Shown: positions 9,416 to 19,365 of the stretch, one piece after another
Numbering within the stretch: the stretch's first letter is position 1
How the letters are laid out: every line of letters begins with the position of its first letter
Assembly (NCBI GenBank): GCA_035530655.1
Contig: DATKUK010000080.1
Coordinates: 4,534-68,533 of the forward strand
Origin: Phycisphaerae bacterium
GTDB lineage: Bacteria > Planctomycetota > Phycisphaerae > UBA1845 > DATKUK01
Direction of reading: 5' to 3'
DNA: 64,000 bases
Translations under genes and position numbers: made by a program
The notes under the pieces: model-generated
The model's input: the letters and a program-made list of their open reading frames with translations, nothing else
The model's database searches: none
Told to the model about the DNA's origin: nothing

Positions 9416-11209
9416 ATGGATCAGGCATTCGTGAGAGTGTGTGACGACTGCTTCCGGGTCGGCGACTGGGCGGGCGGATACGTCATTCGCGTGGGCGACG
9501 TCGGCCTGTGCATCGATGCGCCGAGCGGCGCCTGGGTCGAACGACTCGACGAGATCGGCGTGAGCCGCGTCGAGTGGGTGCTGGCCACGCATCATCATCG
9601 TGACACGCTCGCTTCAGCCAGTGCGATGGTAGCCGGCGGTGCCCGGCTGGTCGTCCCGTCGGCGGAGTGCGAACTGGTCGCCGACGTCGAGCGATTCTGG
9701 CAGACGGCGCGGACTTATGTGCTGTATAACTGCGGATCCGAGTTCTTCTCCCTGCGGCAGAACGTGCCCGTCGAGCGCGGGGTGGCTGGCGGCGACGAGC
9801 TGAATCTTCTCGGTCTGACCGTGCGTGTGTTCGCCCTGCCGGGTCACACGCGAGGCAGCGTGGGCTACGGCGTGGAGGTCGGCGGCAAGAGGCTTTTCTT
9901 CGTCGGCGACAACATGGCCGGTCCGGGCCAGGTGCACAACTGGCACGACTTGCACTGGGACTACATGGATTTCAACACGGGGGCGAAGGCGCTGCGCGAC
10001 GCTTTGGCGAGGGTGCGGCCATTCAGGCCCGATATCCTCTGCCCGGCGCACGCACCGGCGATCGATCGGCCGGCGGAGGCGCTGGACGAGCTGGACGCGA
10101 ATCTGGCTCGCTTTATCGAAGCCGTCGAACCGAACCGTCTGCCCCGACCTTACGACGAGGCGCGCCAAATCACCGATCATCTGCATTATCTTGGCATGAC
10201 GACGTATGTGATTGTCGCCGACAGCGGCAAAGGGTTCGTCTGGGACTTCGGCTACGTGCCGGAAACCCGGGCGCGGCTCGAACAGCTCGGCCATGACGCC
10301 GGTTTGAAGCACATCGACGTGCTGAGTATGAGCCACTACCACGACGATCACATTCTGCGCATGGCTGAAGTGGCGTACGCCCTCGGCAAGGATCACACGC
10401 AGCCGAGATCGCAGATCTGGTGCCACCTCGTGCTCCACGATGTGTTGACGCGCCCGCACGCTTATCGACTGCCGTGTCTGATTCCCACGCCGCTGCCGAT
10501 CGACCGCGTCCTGGACGACGAGCGGTTTGCCTGGGAGGGCATCGAGATGGAGCTGCTGCACATGCCCGGCCAGACCTGGTGGCACGCGGGGCTGATCGCC
10601 CAACTCGACGGCAAGACGATGGCGTTCACCGGCGACGACATCTGGCATCCGGCTGATCGGGCGCACGCGATCAACGGGCCGATCATCTCGCGCAACCGGT
10701 ACGTGCCCGGCCACGGTCACGGCCTGATCGCTCAGCGCCTGATCGATCGCGGGGTGAACATGATCTGTCCGGCCCACGGCGAGCCGTTCGACGTGACGCG
10801 AGCCGACCTGGAGGGCTACCGCCAGTGGGGCGAAGAGGCCGACGCAGCCATTTGCGCGTTGGCCGGCGGCGCCCGGCTGGGGGTGGACGCGTGGTGGTGC
10901 CGAATCGATCCGTTCCATGTGGGCTACCTTCCCGGTCGGCGGTTTCGGGTGTCGGTGGTGGTCGAATCGCCGTTCGACCGGCCGGTCAGGATCGACGTGT
11001 CGCTGCGCATACCGGACGGCTTCGAGGTGGCGGTCATGCAGAACAGCATGTACCTGCAGCCCGGCGAACGTGACCGGGTGGATTTTGCCCTCCGCGCCGG
11101 CGACGAAGTCGATGCGACGCGGCGTGCTCCAGTCACTGCCGAGCTGACCGTTGACGGACGGTGTTGGGGCGAGCTTTGCGAGGGACTGCTGACTGCCCAG
11201 CGGGTGTGA
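9416..11209 (+). CDS. MBL-fold metallo-hydrolase with two MBL-like modules
   Basis: Track ORF trimmed to the ATG at 9416, preceded by GGGAGG. Two HxHxDH-type motifs (ATHHHRDT and SHYHDDH). Beta-rich C-terminal tail. Confidence 0.8.
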   Translation: MDQAFVRVCDDCFRVGDWAGGYVIRVGDVGLCIDAPSGAWVERLDEIGVSRVEWVLATHHHRDTLASASAMVAGGARLVVPSAECELVADVERFWQTARTYVLYNCGSEFFSLRQNVPVERGVAGGDELNLLGLTVRVFALPGHTRGSVGYGVEVGGKRLFFVGDNMAGPGQVHNWHDLHWDYMDFNTGAKALRDALARVRPFRPDILCPAHAPAIDRPAEALDELDANLARFIEAVEPNRLPRPYDEARQITDHLHYLGMTTYVIVADSGKGFVWDFGYVPETRARLEQLGHDAGLKHIDVLSMSHYHDDHILRMAEVAYALGKDHTQPRSQIWCHLVLHDVLTRPHAYRLPCLIPTPLPIDRVLDDERFAWEGIEMELLHMPGQTWWHAGLIAQLDGKTMAFTGDDIWHPADRAHAINGPIISRNRYVPGHGHGLIAQRLIDRGVNMICPAHGEPFDVTRADLEGYRQWGEEADAAICALAGGARLGVDAWWCRIDPFHVGYLPGRRFRVSVVVESPFDRPVRIDVSLRIPDGFEVAVMQNSMYLQPGERDRVDFALRAGDEVDATRRAPVTAELTVDGRCWGELCEGLLTAQRV

Positions 11210-11212
11210 CCT

Positions 11213-11743
11213 ATGGCCTCGGTGACCGTGACGGTGTTCGGCAGTTCGCGCCCGCAGCCGGGCGAGCCCCGCTATCAGCAGGCGTTCGAGCTGGGCGCGG
11301 CGATCGGACGGCGGGGCTGGGTGTTGGCCAACGGCGGGTACGGCGGGACGATGGCCGCCTCATCGGCCGGCGCGAAGCAAGCAGGGGGCACCACGATCGG
11401 GGTGACCTGCGAGGTGTTCGGGCGCGGTGGTGCCAGCGAGTTCACCGACCGCGAGATACGAACAGGCGATCTGCCGACGCGTCTGGCGAGGCTGATCGCG
11501 CTGGGCGACAGCTACGTGGTTCTGCCCGGCGGCACGGGCACGCTGTCGGAACTGGCCGAGGTGTGGGAACTGCTCAACAAAGGACTCGTCGCGGGCAAAT
11601 GCATCGTCCTGCTCGGCGACTGGTGGGAGCCGGTATGCCAGGCCGTGCAGCGTGACGATCCGCAGGCCCTGCGGCTTGTCCACAAGGCCGACACGCCCGA
11701 ACGCGCGGCAGAGATCATTGCCGGGCGTCTGGGCGTGCCGTGA
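11213..11743 (+). CDS. LOG-family / TIGR00725-type Rossmann protein
   Basis: 176 aa. VFGSS...GGYGGTM...PGGTGTLSELAE motif typical of the LOG (lysine-decarboxylase-like) family. Confidence 0.75.
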   Translation: MASVTVTVFGSSRPQPGEPRYQQAFELGAAIGRRGWVLANGGYGGTMAASSAGAKQAGGTTIGVTCEVFGRGGASEFTDREIRTGDLPTRLARLIALGDSYVVLPGGTGTLSELAEVWELLNKGLVAGKCIVLLGDWWEPVCQAVQRDDPQALRLVHKADTPERAAEIIAGRLGVP

Positions 11744-11766
11744 GCTTGCCGATGCGCACCTGTCGG

Positions 11767-12729
11767 CTAGGAGTGAAACAACTGGCTGACGCTGGTGCGC
11801 TCGTAGATATTGCGAATCGCGCGGGCGAACAGCTTGGCCGATGAGATAACCTTCACCTTGTCCGGCAGCTTTGCGAAGCGGTATTCGATCGTGTCGGTAA
11901 TCACTACCTCGGTGAGTCCGGAGTTGCCGATCAGTTCGGCGGCCCCTTCGCTCAGCACACCGTGCGACACGACGGCATGCACCTCGACGGCGCCCTTCTT
12001 CATCAGCAGGTCGCACGCCACCACCACGGTGCTGCCGGCGAAGATCACATCGTCGCAGATCAGCACCCGCTTGCCCTTGACCTCGCCAATGACGTCCATG
12101 GCCGATGCCCGCTCGTCGACCTCGCTGCGACTCTTGTCGACGATGGCCAGACTCGTCCCCAGCGCCTGGGCGTAGCCGCGGGCGTGCTTGGCGAACCCTG
12201 CATCCGGCGCCACGACCACCCAATCCTGCGGGTCTTTGATCATGGGCTTGAAGTGCTCGACGAACAGCGGCATGGCCAGCAGGTGGTCAACGGGCACGTG
12301 GAAGAAGCCCTGGATTTGGGCGGCGTGCAGGTCCATGGTCAGCACGCGGTCGACGCCCACCGCCTCCAGGCAGTCGGCGCAGGCCCGCGCGCGGATGCTG
12401 ACGCGGGGCTCGTCTTTCTTGTCGCCTTTGGCGTAGCTGAAGAACGGCACCACGGCGGTCACCTGGGCGGCTGAGGCCCGTCTGAACGCGTCAATCCAGA
12501 ACAGCAGCTCCACGAAGTTGTCGTTCACCGGCCAGCTCAGCGTCTGGATGATGAACACATCCTTGCCCCGGACGTTCTCCAGCACGCGGACCAGGGTGTT
12601 GCCCTCGCTGTAGATGCGGGCCTCGCAGCGGCCCGGCTCGATGCCCAAATGCTGACACACCCGCTGCGTCAGTTCCTGGCTGGCCGTTCCCCCGAAAACA
12701 CGAAGTCCGTTGCTCGGCTTTTCTGGCAT
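11767..12729 (-). CDS. prs: Ribose-phosphate pyrophosphokinase
   Basis: Trimmed to MPEKPSNGLRVFGG at 12729. DLHAAQIQGFF, VAPDAGFAKHA and the PRPP loop LICDDVIFAGSTV are present. Confidence 0.93.
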   Translation of the reverse strand: MPEKPSNGLRVFGGTASQELTQRVCQHLGIEPGRCEARIYSEGNTLVRVLENVRGKDVFIIQTLSWPVNDNFVELLFWIDAFRRASAAQVTAVVPFFSYAKGDKKDEPRVSIRARACADCLEAVGVDRVLTMDLHAAQIQGFFHVPVDHLLAMPLFVEHFKPMIKDPQDWVVVAPDAGFAKHARGYAQALGTSLAIVDKSRSEVDERASAMDVIGEVKGKRVLICDDVIFAGSTVVVACDLLMKKGAVEVHAVVSHGVLSEGAAELIGNSGLTEVVITDTIEYRFAKLPDKVKVISSAKLFARAIRNIYERTSVSQLFHS

Positions 12730-12839
12730 TGTCCTCCTCGCTCCACACACCGATGTGCCAAAGGTCGCGCCGGGCGGCAGCATAGCACAACCGGCCGCTG
12801 GAGGCACCCCCCTTGTTGCCGTCGCCGAGCGGCCCACCC

Positions 12840-12868
12840 TTGACCGCCTCCGGGCGTGGGGGTATAAA
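12840..12868 (+). promoter_or_regulatory. Candidate sigma70-like promoter (TTGACC-N17-TATAAA)
   Basis: Hexamers at 12840-12845 and 12863-12868 with a 17-nt spacer, about 140 nt upstream of the amidohydrolase ATG. Sequence match only. Confidence 0.3.
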
Positions 12869-13010
12869 GAGCACTTCCGTGGCCGCGGACCTCCCCGGCG
12901 GAGGCGTCCGTGGCCGCTGCTCTAAATCCGTTCGCGGCGAGGCTCCTGCCGGACAGACAGGGCGGTCCTTGCCGACAAGATGGGCTCTCCGGTTGGCGGC
13001 GCCTTTTCGC

Positions 13011-13910
13011 ATGATTGTTGATTGTCACACGCACATCTGGCAGTCACCCACGCAGCTCGGACTCGGTCGTGTCGGCGGGCGGCTCGCGCCAACGGAGACC
13101 AACGGACAGGCCACACCCCAGCAACACTACCAAGCCAGCCGGCCGGTCGATCTGACGCTTGTTCTGGGCTTCAAGAGCCTGCGCTTGGGCGTCGCGATGC
13201 CTGACAGCGTCATCGCCGGGTACGTGCGACAACATCCCGATCGCCTGATCGGTTTTGGGGGAGTCGACCCCACGGATCTGCCGAAGGCTCTCGATCAGAT
13301 GCATCGCGGCTGCACCGAGCTGGGGTTGAAGGGCGTGACGTTCTCGCCGGCCGCTCAGCAGATGCATCCGGCCGACACGCGCGCACTCCAGCTCTACGCC
13401 GAGGCCAGCCGTATGGGCCTGCCGATCATCTTCGACGCCGACGTACACCGCATGACGGCCGGCCGAATGGAGTTCGCCCAGCCCATGCTGCTCGACGAGG
13501 TTGCCAATCAGTTTCCACAGTTGCGGATGGTCGTGGCCCATATGGGCTATCCCTGGGTCGAGCAGACGATGGTGCTGTTGGGCAAGCACGCCCATGTGCT
13601 GGCCGACGTGTCCGGGCTGCTGCATCAGCCCTGGCAGGCGTACAACGCTCTGCTTTCGGCCTACCATCACGGGGTAATCGATAAGCTGCTGTTCGGCAGC
13701 GATTTCCCTTACGGTTCGGCCACATCGGTCATCGAGACGCTCTACAGCCTCAATCAGATCAGTCACGGCACGAACCTGCCGAGTATTCCCCGGTCGCTGT
13801 TGCGCGGCATTGTGGAACGCAACGCGCTGGCCCTGCTGGGCATTGCGGCGCCGAGCGATGCGCCAGCCCCTGTCGAACCTGAATCTGTCGTGCGGAATGA
13901 GCGGATTTGA
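13011..13910 (+). CDS. Amidohydrolase-family (TIM-barrel metal-dependent hydrolase) protein
   Basis: Trimmed to MIVDCHTHIW at 13011. The N-terminal HxH motif, a later AHMGYPW segment and the GSDFPY terminal motif fit amidohydrolase_2. Confidence 0.8.
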   Translation: MIVDCHTHIWQSPTQLGLGRVGGRLAPTETNGQATPQQHYQASRPVDLTLVLGFKSLRLGVAMPDSVIAGYVRQHPDRLIGFGGVDPTDLPKALDQMHRGCTELGLKGVTFSPAAQQMHPADTRALQLYAEASRMGLPIIFDADVHRMTAGRMEFAQPMLLDEVANQFPQLRMVVAHMGYPWVEQTMVLLGKHAHVLADVSGLLHQPWQAYNALLSAYHHGVIDKLLFGSDFPYGSATSVIETLYSLNQISHGTNLPSIPRSLLRGIVERNALALLGIAAPSDAPAPVEPESVVRNERI

Positions 13911-14535
13911 AGGCAATCAGTTCGTACGAATCGGCGCACAAGCCGGTCGCTGTCTGGCTGTTCTGACGGTGTGGCTGGCGACAGCTTCGGCCGGTTGCAG
14001 GCAGAACGACCCGTCCATCGAGATCGTCTCGTACGAGAACGCAGCCGATCCTCAGCGCTACACCAGCCGGTTTGAGGAAGCCTGTTACGCCGCGGACGGC
14101 GGGAGTACCTGGCAGTTCGTCATGCGAACGGTGCGACCGGCCGAGATCGACCCATCGCAGCAGATCGAACAGATTCTGTGCGCTCGCGTGTTCTGGCGGC
14201 CCGTCCCAGGCAGGACGGCGGCCGAACCCTCGATGACCGATGCGGTCGTCGACTACTACTTGATCTCCGGGGCGACGGGGATTCGCTATACAGGCTGCGG
14301 GTTCATCAGCTTTAAGAAAGCGACTTTCGGGGATCAGATCACAGGCCGAATCGAATCCTGCCAGCTTTGGCCCTATCAGACCTTCGGCGAAGCCGCCGAC
14401 CTGCTCGGGCGCTGCGAGCTGGCCGGCCGCTTTGTGGCCCAGCCGAATCGCGGTCGTTGCGTCGAGTTGTCGAACCGCATGAAGCGCATGTTCGGCCCAC
14501 CGCCGCCCTATCACCCGCGTCCGAGCGGACCGTAG
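13897..14535 (+). CDS. Putative lipoprotein, hypothetical
   Basis: Internal ATG at 13897 gives a signal peptide ending in the lipobox-like ATASAGC. Overlaps the upstream gene end by 14 nt. Confidence 0.5.
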   Translation: MSGFEGNQFVRIGAQAGRCLAVLTVWLATASAGCRQNDPSIEIVSYENAADPQRYTSRFEEACYAADGGSTWQFVMRTVRPAEIDPSQQIEQILCARVFWRPVPGRTAAEPSMTDAVVDYYLISGATGIRYTGCGFISFKKATFGDQITGRIESCQLWPYQTFGEAADLLGRCELAGRFVAQPNRGRCVELSNRMKRMFGPPPPYHPRPSGP

Positions 14536-14636
14536 ATGCCGAGCGGCTCGGGTCTTGAAAACCGAGCAGCCGCCGGCGATCATGCTCGCGTGCTCGTCCT
14601 GGCGCGGTTCGGTCGGGTTCGTACGGAGAGATTCTT

Positions 14637-16544
14637 TTGAGCGACCAGGTCCCGGCGCCGTCGCTGGCGCCACAGAAGGAAAACTGGACAGGCAGGCTGG
14701 GGGTGGTTCTTGCCGTGGCCGGTTCGGCCGTCGGGCTGGGTAATTTCCTGCGCTTCCCCGGACAAGCGGTCAACAACGGCGGCGGGGCCTTCATGATCCC
14801 GTATATCATCAGTTTCCTGCTGCTGGGCATTCCGATCTGCTGGTGCGAATGGACGTTGGGGCGCATGGGCGGGCGCTACGGGCAGAGCAGCGCCCCGGGC
14901 ATCTACCAGGCCCTTTGGCGGCATCCGCTCGCCCGCTACATCGGCGCCTTCGGCATGATGATCCCCATTGTCATCTTCATGTACTACGTCTTCCTCGAAG
15001 CCGTGTGCATGACCTACGCCGTCGAGTTCGCCCGCGGCACGTTCAGCGACCTGTTCGCCCAAGCCACCGCAGGTGTGAGTCAGCACGATCAGCAGGTAAG
15101 CGCCGTCACGGGTGCCGCCGGTCAACACCTCGGTGACACATGCGGGATGGCCAAAGACGGCTCGGTGTTCGCCGGCGGCATGGTCATATGGTGCGTGCTG
15201 ATTTGCTTTGCGGCCAACTTCTACATCATCTACCGTGGCATCACGCGAGGCATCGAGTGGTTCTGTACCTATGCGATGCCGCTGTTGATCGGCTGTGCCC
15301 TGATCGTGCTGGTGCGGGCGCTGACGTTGCCGAACATCACCGATGGGCTGGGGTTCATGTGGAACCCCGATTGGGCGAAGCTGAAAGACCCTCAGGTGTG
15401 GCTGGCCGCATCGAGCCAGATCTTCTTCAGCCTCAGCGTCGGTTTCGGACTGATCCTCACCTACGCCAGTTACCTGCGGCCGAATGACGACGTCGTGCTG
15501 TCGGGCCTGACGGCCTCCAGCTTGAACGAGTTTTGCGAGGTGATTCTGGCCGGACTGACCATCGTGCCGGTGGCCTTCATCTTCCTGGGCGCCGCCGCGG
15601 CCGCAACGCCCAGCGCGTTCGGTCTGGGGTTCGTGACGGTCCCGTCGATCATGCACTTCATGCCGGCTGGGCGCTTCTTTGGCACAATGTGGTTCGGGCT
15701 GCTCACGCTGGCGGCGATCACCAGTTCGCTGAGTATGCTCCAGCCGGCCATCGCGTTTCTGGAGGACGGCTTCGGTCTGCGGCGTCACGGCAGTACGATC
15801 CTCCTGGCCGCTGTTTCGCTGGCCGGCGCCGCGCCCGTTCTGTACTTCAGTCGCGACCTGCATGCGTTGGACGTAACCGACTTCTGGGTCGGCAACTTCA
15901 TGATCTTCGTTGCCGCGACGGCGATGGTTATCATCTTCGGGTGGGTGATCGGCGTGGATCGGGGACTCACGGAGGCTGCCCGCGGCGCCGAACTGGCGAT
16001 CCCACGGGTGTTTCGCTACCTGATTCGCTATGTCACGCCGGCCTTTCTGCTGGTGATCTTCGTGCTGTGGTGCAGGACGAACGCCCCGGAGCGCATCCAT
16101 GCGATGATGCCTGACGCGCAGGCCGACCAGGCCACCCGGGCTGTGTACGAGCAGGCAGCGTTCGATCACTTTGTCCGCGAGGCGCTGGGACCCGGATCGA
16201 CCGACCCAGGCGACCCCTTGCCCCCGCGCGAGCAACTCGATCCGGCCGTCGTCGCGTCCGCCGAGCGGCAGGTCGCTGCCGTGCTCGGCGATAATGAAGG
16301 GCTGCCGCTGGCCAACACGCTGCCCGCATGGCTGCTCGCCCACCAACCGAAGGCCGAGCAGGCCGGTGCCGACGGACGCCACCGCGCTGTGATCGCGCGC
16401 GGTGTGTTTGTCTGTCTCATCTGTTTTCTGCTGTCGCTGTTTGTTCTGTCCGAATGGGCGTACCGACATCGCATCCGCCACGCCATTTTCGCCGCCGACC
16501 GAGTCGAGCAGCTCCTGGCCGATCAGGAGGAGAACGACCAGTGA
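14637..16544 (+). CDS. Sodium-dependent transporter, NSS/SNF family
   Basis: 635 aa. AVGLGNFLRFP and GGGAFMIPY N-terminal signatures and multiple TM helices. TTG start preceded by GGAGAG. Confidence 0.9.
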   Translation: MSDQVPAPSLAPQKENWTGRLGVVLAVAGSAVGLGNFLRFPGQAVNNGGGAFMIPYIISFLLLGIPICWCEWTLGRMGGRYGQSSAPGIYQALWRHPLARYIGAFGMMIPIVIFMYYVFLEAVCMTYAVEFARGTFSDLFAQATAGVSQHDQQVSAVTGAAGQHLGDTCGMAKDGSVFAGGMVIWCVLICFAANFYIIYRGITRGIEWFCTYAMPLLIGCALIVLVRALTLPNITDGLGFMWNPDWAKLKDPQVWLAASSQIFFSLSVGFGLILTYASYLRPNDDVVLSGLTASSLNEFCEVILAGLTIVPVAFIFLGAAAAATPSAFGLGFVTVPSIMHFMPAGRFFGTMWFGLLTLAAITSSLSMLQPAIAFLEDGFGLRRHGSTILLAAVSLAGAAPVLYFSRDLHALDVTDFWVGNFMIFVAATAMVIIFGWVIGVDRGLTEAARGAELAIPRVFRYLIRYVTPAFLLVIFVLWCRTNAPERIHAMMPDAQADQATRAVYEQAAFDHFVREALGPGSTDPGDPLPPREQLDPAVVASAERQVAAVLGDNEGLPLANTLPAWLLAHQPKAEQAGADGRHRAVIARGVFVCLICFLLSLFVLSEWAYRHRIRHAIFAADRVEQLLADQEENDQ

Positions 16545-16732
16545 TGCCTCATACAGCGGTGATCGCGGCGACGCCACAGCAGGGCCTCACCCTCGCCGGC
16601 GCGGTCGTCATGATCGTCAGCGTGGCATGTGTGCTGGCTCTAGCCGGGTTCTGCGTTCGCCGCATCCTCAGCAAGCCGCGCACGCCGCAGCGCATGCACG
16701 CCCCGTTGGATATCGATACGCACGATACCTGA
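16544..16732 (+). CDS. Small single-pass membrane protein coupled to the NSS transporter
   Basis: ATG at 16544 overlaps the transporter stop (TGATG). 62 aa with one TM helix (LTLAGAVVMIVSVACVLALAGF). Confidence 0.45.
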   Translation: MPHTAVIAATPQQGLTLAGAVVMIVSVACVLALAGFCVRRILSKPRTPQRMHAPLDIDTHDT

Positions 16733-16794
16733 CGTGCGTCGACCCTTCGGTGCGACACGTACCGCCCGGGCCCGCCTAGCGGGCGCACCCGCCC

Positions 16795-17541
16795 TTATCG
16801 CTTCGGCCGCTCGGCTACTGCTATAACCCGCCGCGAGTGGCGCGTGAAACGGCTGGCCGGATAATTCCGATCGTACAATCGGATATTCGTATAGCCCGCC
16901 GCCCGCAGCATCGCTCGGATCTGGGCGCCGTTGAAGATCCACATCGTCAGCCTGTGCCGCTCGGTCGTGTGACCTTTTCGAAGCGTCCAGACCGAGCGAA
17001 AACGGTCGGCCCGTTTGTCGAAGCGCACGCGGTGTTCGATATGCACACCGCCGATCGTTTCGTCGCTGTGTGGCCGGAAGTGCGACATGATCCACGACTT
17101 GTTAGGCCCCTCGACCAGAAACCGCCCGCCGGGACGCAAGGCCCGCCACACCCGCCGGCAGAAGGCCAGATTGTCGGCGTCGCAGAAGTACCCGAAGCTG
17201 CCGAACCAGTTGAACGCCGCGTGAAACTCACCGTCGAAGTCAATCTCGCGCATGTCGGCGTGCACGAACCGGACATCAAGTCCTTCGCGCCGCGCCTAGC
17301 GTCGGGCCCTGCTCAAATACGGCGCGGTCAGATCCACGCCGGTCATCGCCAGCCCCGCTCGGGCGAGGGGAATCGTCAGCCGCCCTGCGCCGCACGGAAT
17401 GTCCAACACGCGCTGGCCTTTCCGCAGCTTCAGCAGCCGACGGACCAGCCATACCTGTTTGGCCGTCCTGCCTTCGTCAAAGGTCTTGGGTAGCACCTGA
17501 GCATAGAGCCCGCTGAAAAACGTTTCGAACCATCCAGCCAT
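16795..17541 (-). pseudogene. Class I SAM-dependent methyltransferase interrupted by one in-frame TAG
   Basis: Track ORFs 17296..17577 and 16795..17265 are in the same frame. Reading through cta at 17296-17298 gives ...TAPYLSRARR*ARREGLDVRFVHADMRE.... Motif I VLDIPCGAGRLT lies upstream of the stop and motif-II/post-I-like sequence lies downstream. Probable start is the ATG at 17541 (AAGGTG upstream). Confidence 0.8.
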
Positions 17542-17575
17542 CACCGCACCTTCTTTGAGCAGTGCCTGGGCCGAC

Positions 17576-17609
17576 AAAAAAACCCGCCGCCGTTTCGCTT
17601 GGCAGCGGG
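17576..17609 (-). terminator. Rho-independent terminator
   Basis: Minus strand reads CCCGCTGCC-aagcgaaac-GGCGGCGGG followed by TTTTTTT. 9-bp GC stem with one G-U pair. Confidence 0.7.
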
Positions 17610-17779
17610 CTTGGGTCGTCTGGTACTTCCTGGCTACCTACTCAGGCGATCCTCGTCCGCTGCCCGGTACGAGCCGGACCAGGACGCGCAGCATCGCACC
17701 AACCCACACACGGGCGTTTGTTGCGTCAGAAAGGATCGAGCGAATCTCGTTCACGGTAGTTGTCTCACCTGAGTCGGCG

Positions 17780-18283
17780 CTAGTTTATTTCGGTCTGGCT
17801 TGCCGCGTCAACATCGGCGCCGGCAGGCAGCGTCGCGTCCGGCGGCGCAGCGGACCCGTCGCCCGCGGGCTGGCCGGCTGACTTGCCCGGCCAGGTCAGC
17901 ATCACCAGCGCAACCACCGCCACGGCGATGCCGCCCCATTGCAGGCGCGTGGGGCGCTCTCCCAGCACAAACATCCCGGCAAGGATCGGAATCGACACGT
18001 ACAGCGAGGCCAGCGGCGCGGCGACGGTAATCGGCTTGCTCTGACAGAGCTTGTAAAACCCGAAGTTGGCCAGGATATAGACCGCACCCACCACCACCGC
18101 CACCAGGTGATAGCGACCCCAGGCGGGCTTGCACCAGGGAATCGCCCACAGCCCGATGATCAGGTAGCCCGGCAGGTTGAACACGATCGCCGTCAGCGGG
18201 TCGATCCCGCGTGTGGCCACCTTCATCAGGAATACGCCCAGACCCCAGCCGAGCATCGCGACCAGTAACCACACCCATGCCAC
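17780..18283 (-). CDS. EamA/DMT-like small membrane transporter
   Basis: 167 aa, about 5 hydrophobic helices with a low-complexity tail. Resemblance to a single EamA domain is by pattern only. Confidence 0.55.
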   Translation of the reverse strand: MAWVWLLVAMLGWGLGVFLMKVATRGIDPLTAIVFNLPGYLIIGLWAIPWCKPAWGRYHLVAVVVGAVYILANFGFYKLCQSKPITVAAPLASLYVSIPILAGMFVLGERPTRLQWGGIAVAVVALVMLTWPGKSAGQPAGDGSAAPPDATLPAGADVDAASQTEIN

Positions 18284-18383
18284 TTTGATTACTCCTTATG
18301 GTCAACCACGCGGGCGACGAAGCGCCGCGCCGGCCGATACGCAGTCCTGACGATGACCGATCGATGCGCAACCGATTGGCGTG

Positions 18384-18872
18384 TTACGCACTCTCGACGG
18401 CTGGTCGACCCGCCGCGAGCCGCCGACGATTGGCTATGATAATACCGACCGCGATCCCCATGAAGACAATATCGCGAATGAGCACCACCACCATCGGCGC
18501 GGTGTCATAGGATCCGAAGCAGCCGCAATGAATGTCGAACCCACGCGCCATGGCCGTCGAGATGCCCACAATGTAGACCACGAGGAAACCCATCAGCACC
18601 ACGGTTGCCTCTTCGGTCCAGCGCCCGATCACCAGGGCCCCCGCGCAGGCCAATTCGATCCACGGCAGCAGAATGGCCAACGCGTGCAGCGACCACCACG
18701 GCACGAGGCGATAGTTGCGGATGTCCCCGACGAACTTCATCGGATCCGCGATTTCCAGGTTGCCCGGGTCGAACAGTTTCAGGATTGCCGCGGCCGCAAA
18801 GATCAGCGCCAGCAGCCACCGCAGCACCCGCCACGTCCACAGCCAGCCGGTCTTGCCCATATCGCCACTCAC
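18384..18872 (-). CDS. MauE/DoxX-family membrane protein
   Basis: 162 aa, 4 TM helices, and the conserved CGCFG motif (DIHCGCFGS) of the MauE family. GTG start forms a GTGA overlap with the rhodanese stop. Alternative ATG at 18860. Confidence 0.75.
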   Translation of the reverse strand: MSGDMGKTGWLWTWRVLRWLLALIFAAAAILKLFDPGNLEIADPMKFVGDIRNYRLVPWWSLHALAILLPWIELACAGALVIGRWTEEATVVLMGFLVVYIVGISTAMARGFDIHCGCFGSYDTAPMVVVLIRDIVFMGIAVGIIIANRRRLAAGRPAVESA

Positions 18873-19363
18873 TCCACCGGCACGTTCGCTTCCTGCCAGG
18901 CAGGCCAGCCGCCCCGCAGAATGCGCACCGACTCGCGATAACCCAGCCCGGCCAGGAAGTCGAATACCAGCATGCTGTCGACGCAGCCGTGACCCTGACA
19001 GTATACGACAACCGTCATACCCTCCATGGCGTCCGGCGGCGGTAGTTGTGCCATCAGCGGCTCGGCGCTGCCCGGCAACGCCTGCGCCGGTGCGCTGATA
19101 GCGCCCGGAACGTGACCTTCGTCATATTCCTCGACGGGTCTGGCGTCGACCACGACGGCCTCGCCGGTTTGCACGAGTTCCCATACACGGTCGATGTCGA
19201 TCTCGGCTTCGCGCAGGACCTCGTCGCGAAGGCCTGAATTCGGATCGGGAACCCAGGCAATCCCCTTGGGCGAAAGCGCATTGAACAGGACCGCAATCAC
19301 TGCGCCCGCTACGCACAGTGCAGCCATACGAACCAGGAAACCCACGACCGCCCGAACAGACAT
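18869..19363 (-). CDS. Membrane-anchored rhodanese-domain protein
   Basis: N-terminal TM helix, then a rhodanese fold with DARPVEEYDEGHVPGAI and active-site loop YCQGHGC. Confidence 0.8.
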   Translation of the reverse strand: MSVRAVVGFLVRMAALCVAGAVIAVLFNALSPKGIAWVPDPNSGLRDEVLREAEIDIDRVWELVQTGEAVVVDARPVEEYDEGHVPGAISAPAQALPGSAEPLMAQLPPPDAMEGMTVVVYCQGHGCVDSMLVFDFLAGLGYRESVRILRGGWPAWQEANVPVE

Positions 19364-19365
19364 GG

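Noticed and set aside
9614-10918. 434-aa minus-strand ORF
   Set aside because: Antisense to the MBL hydrolase gene, which has clear HxHxDH motifs. The composition is Arg/Pro/His-rich and featureless.
14580-16577. 665-aa minus-strand ORF, the second-longest reading frame in its region
   Set aside because: It lies exactly antisense to the NSS transporter gene. Its translation is Arg/Gly/His/Pro-rich low complexity with no motifs, a typical high-GC antisense artefact.
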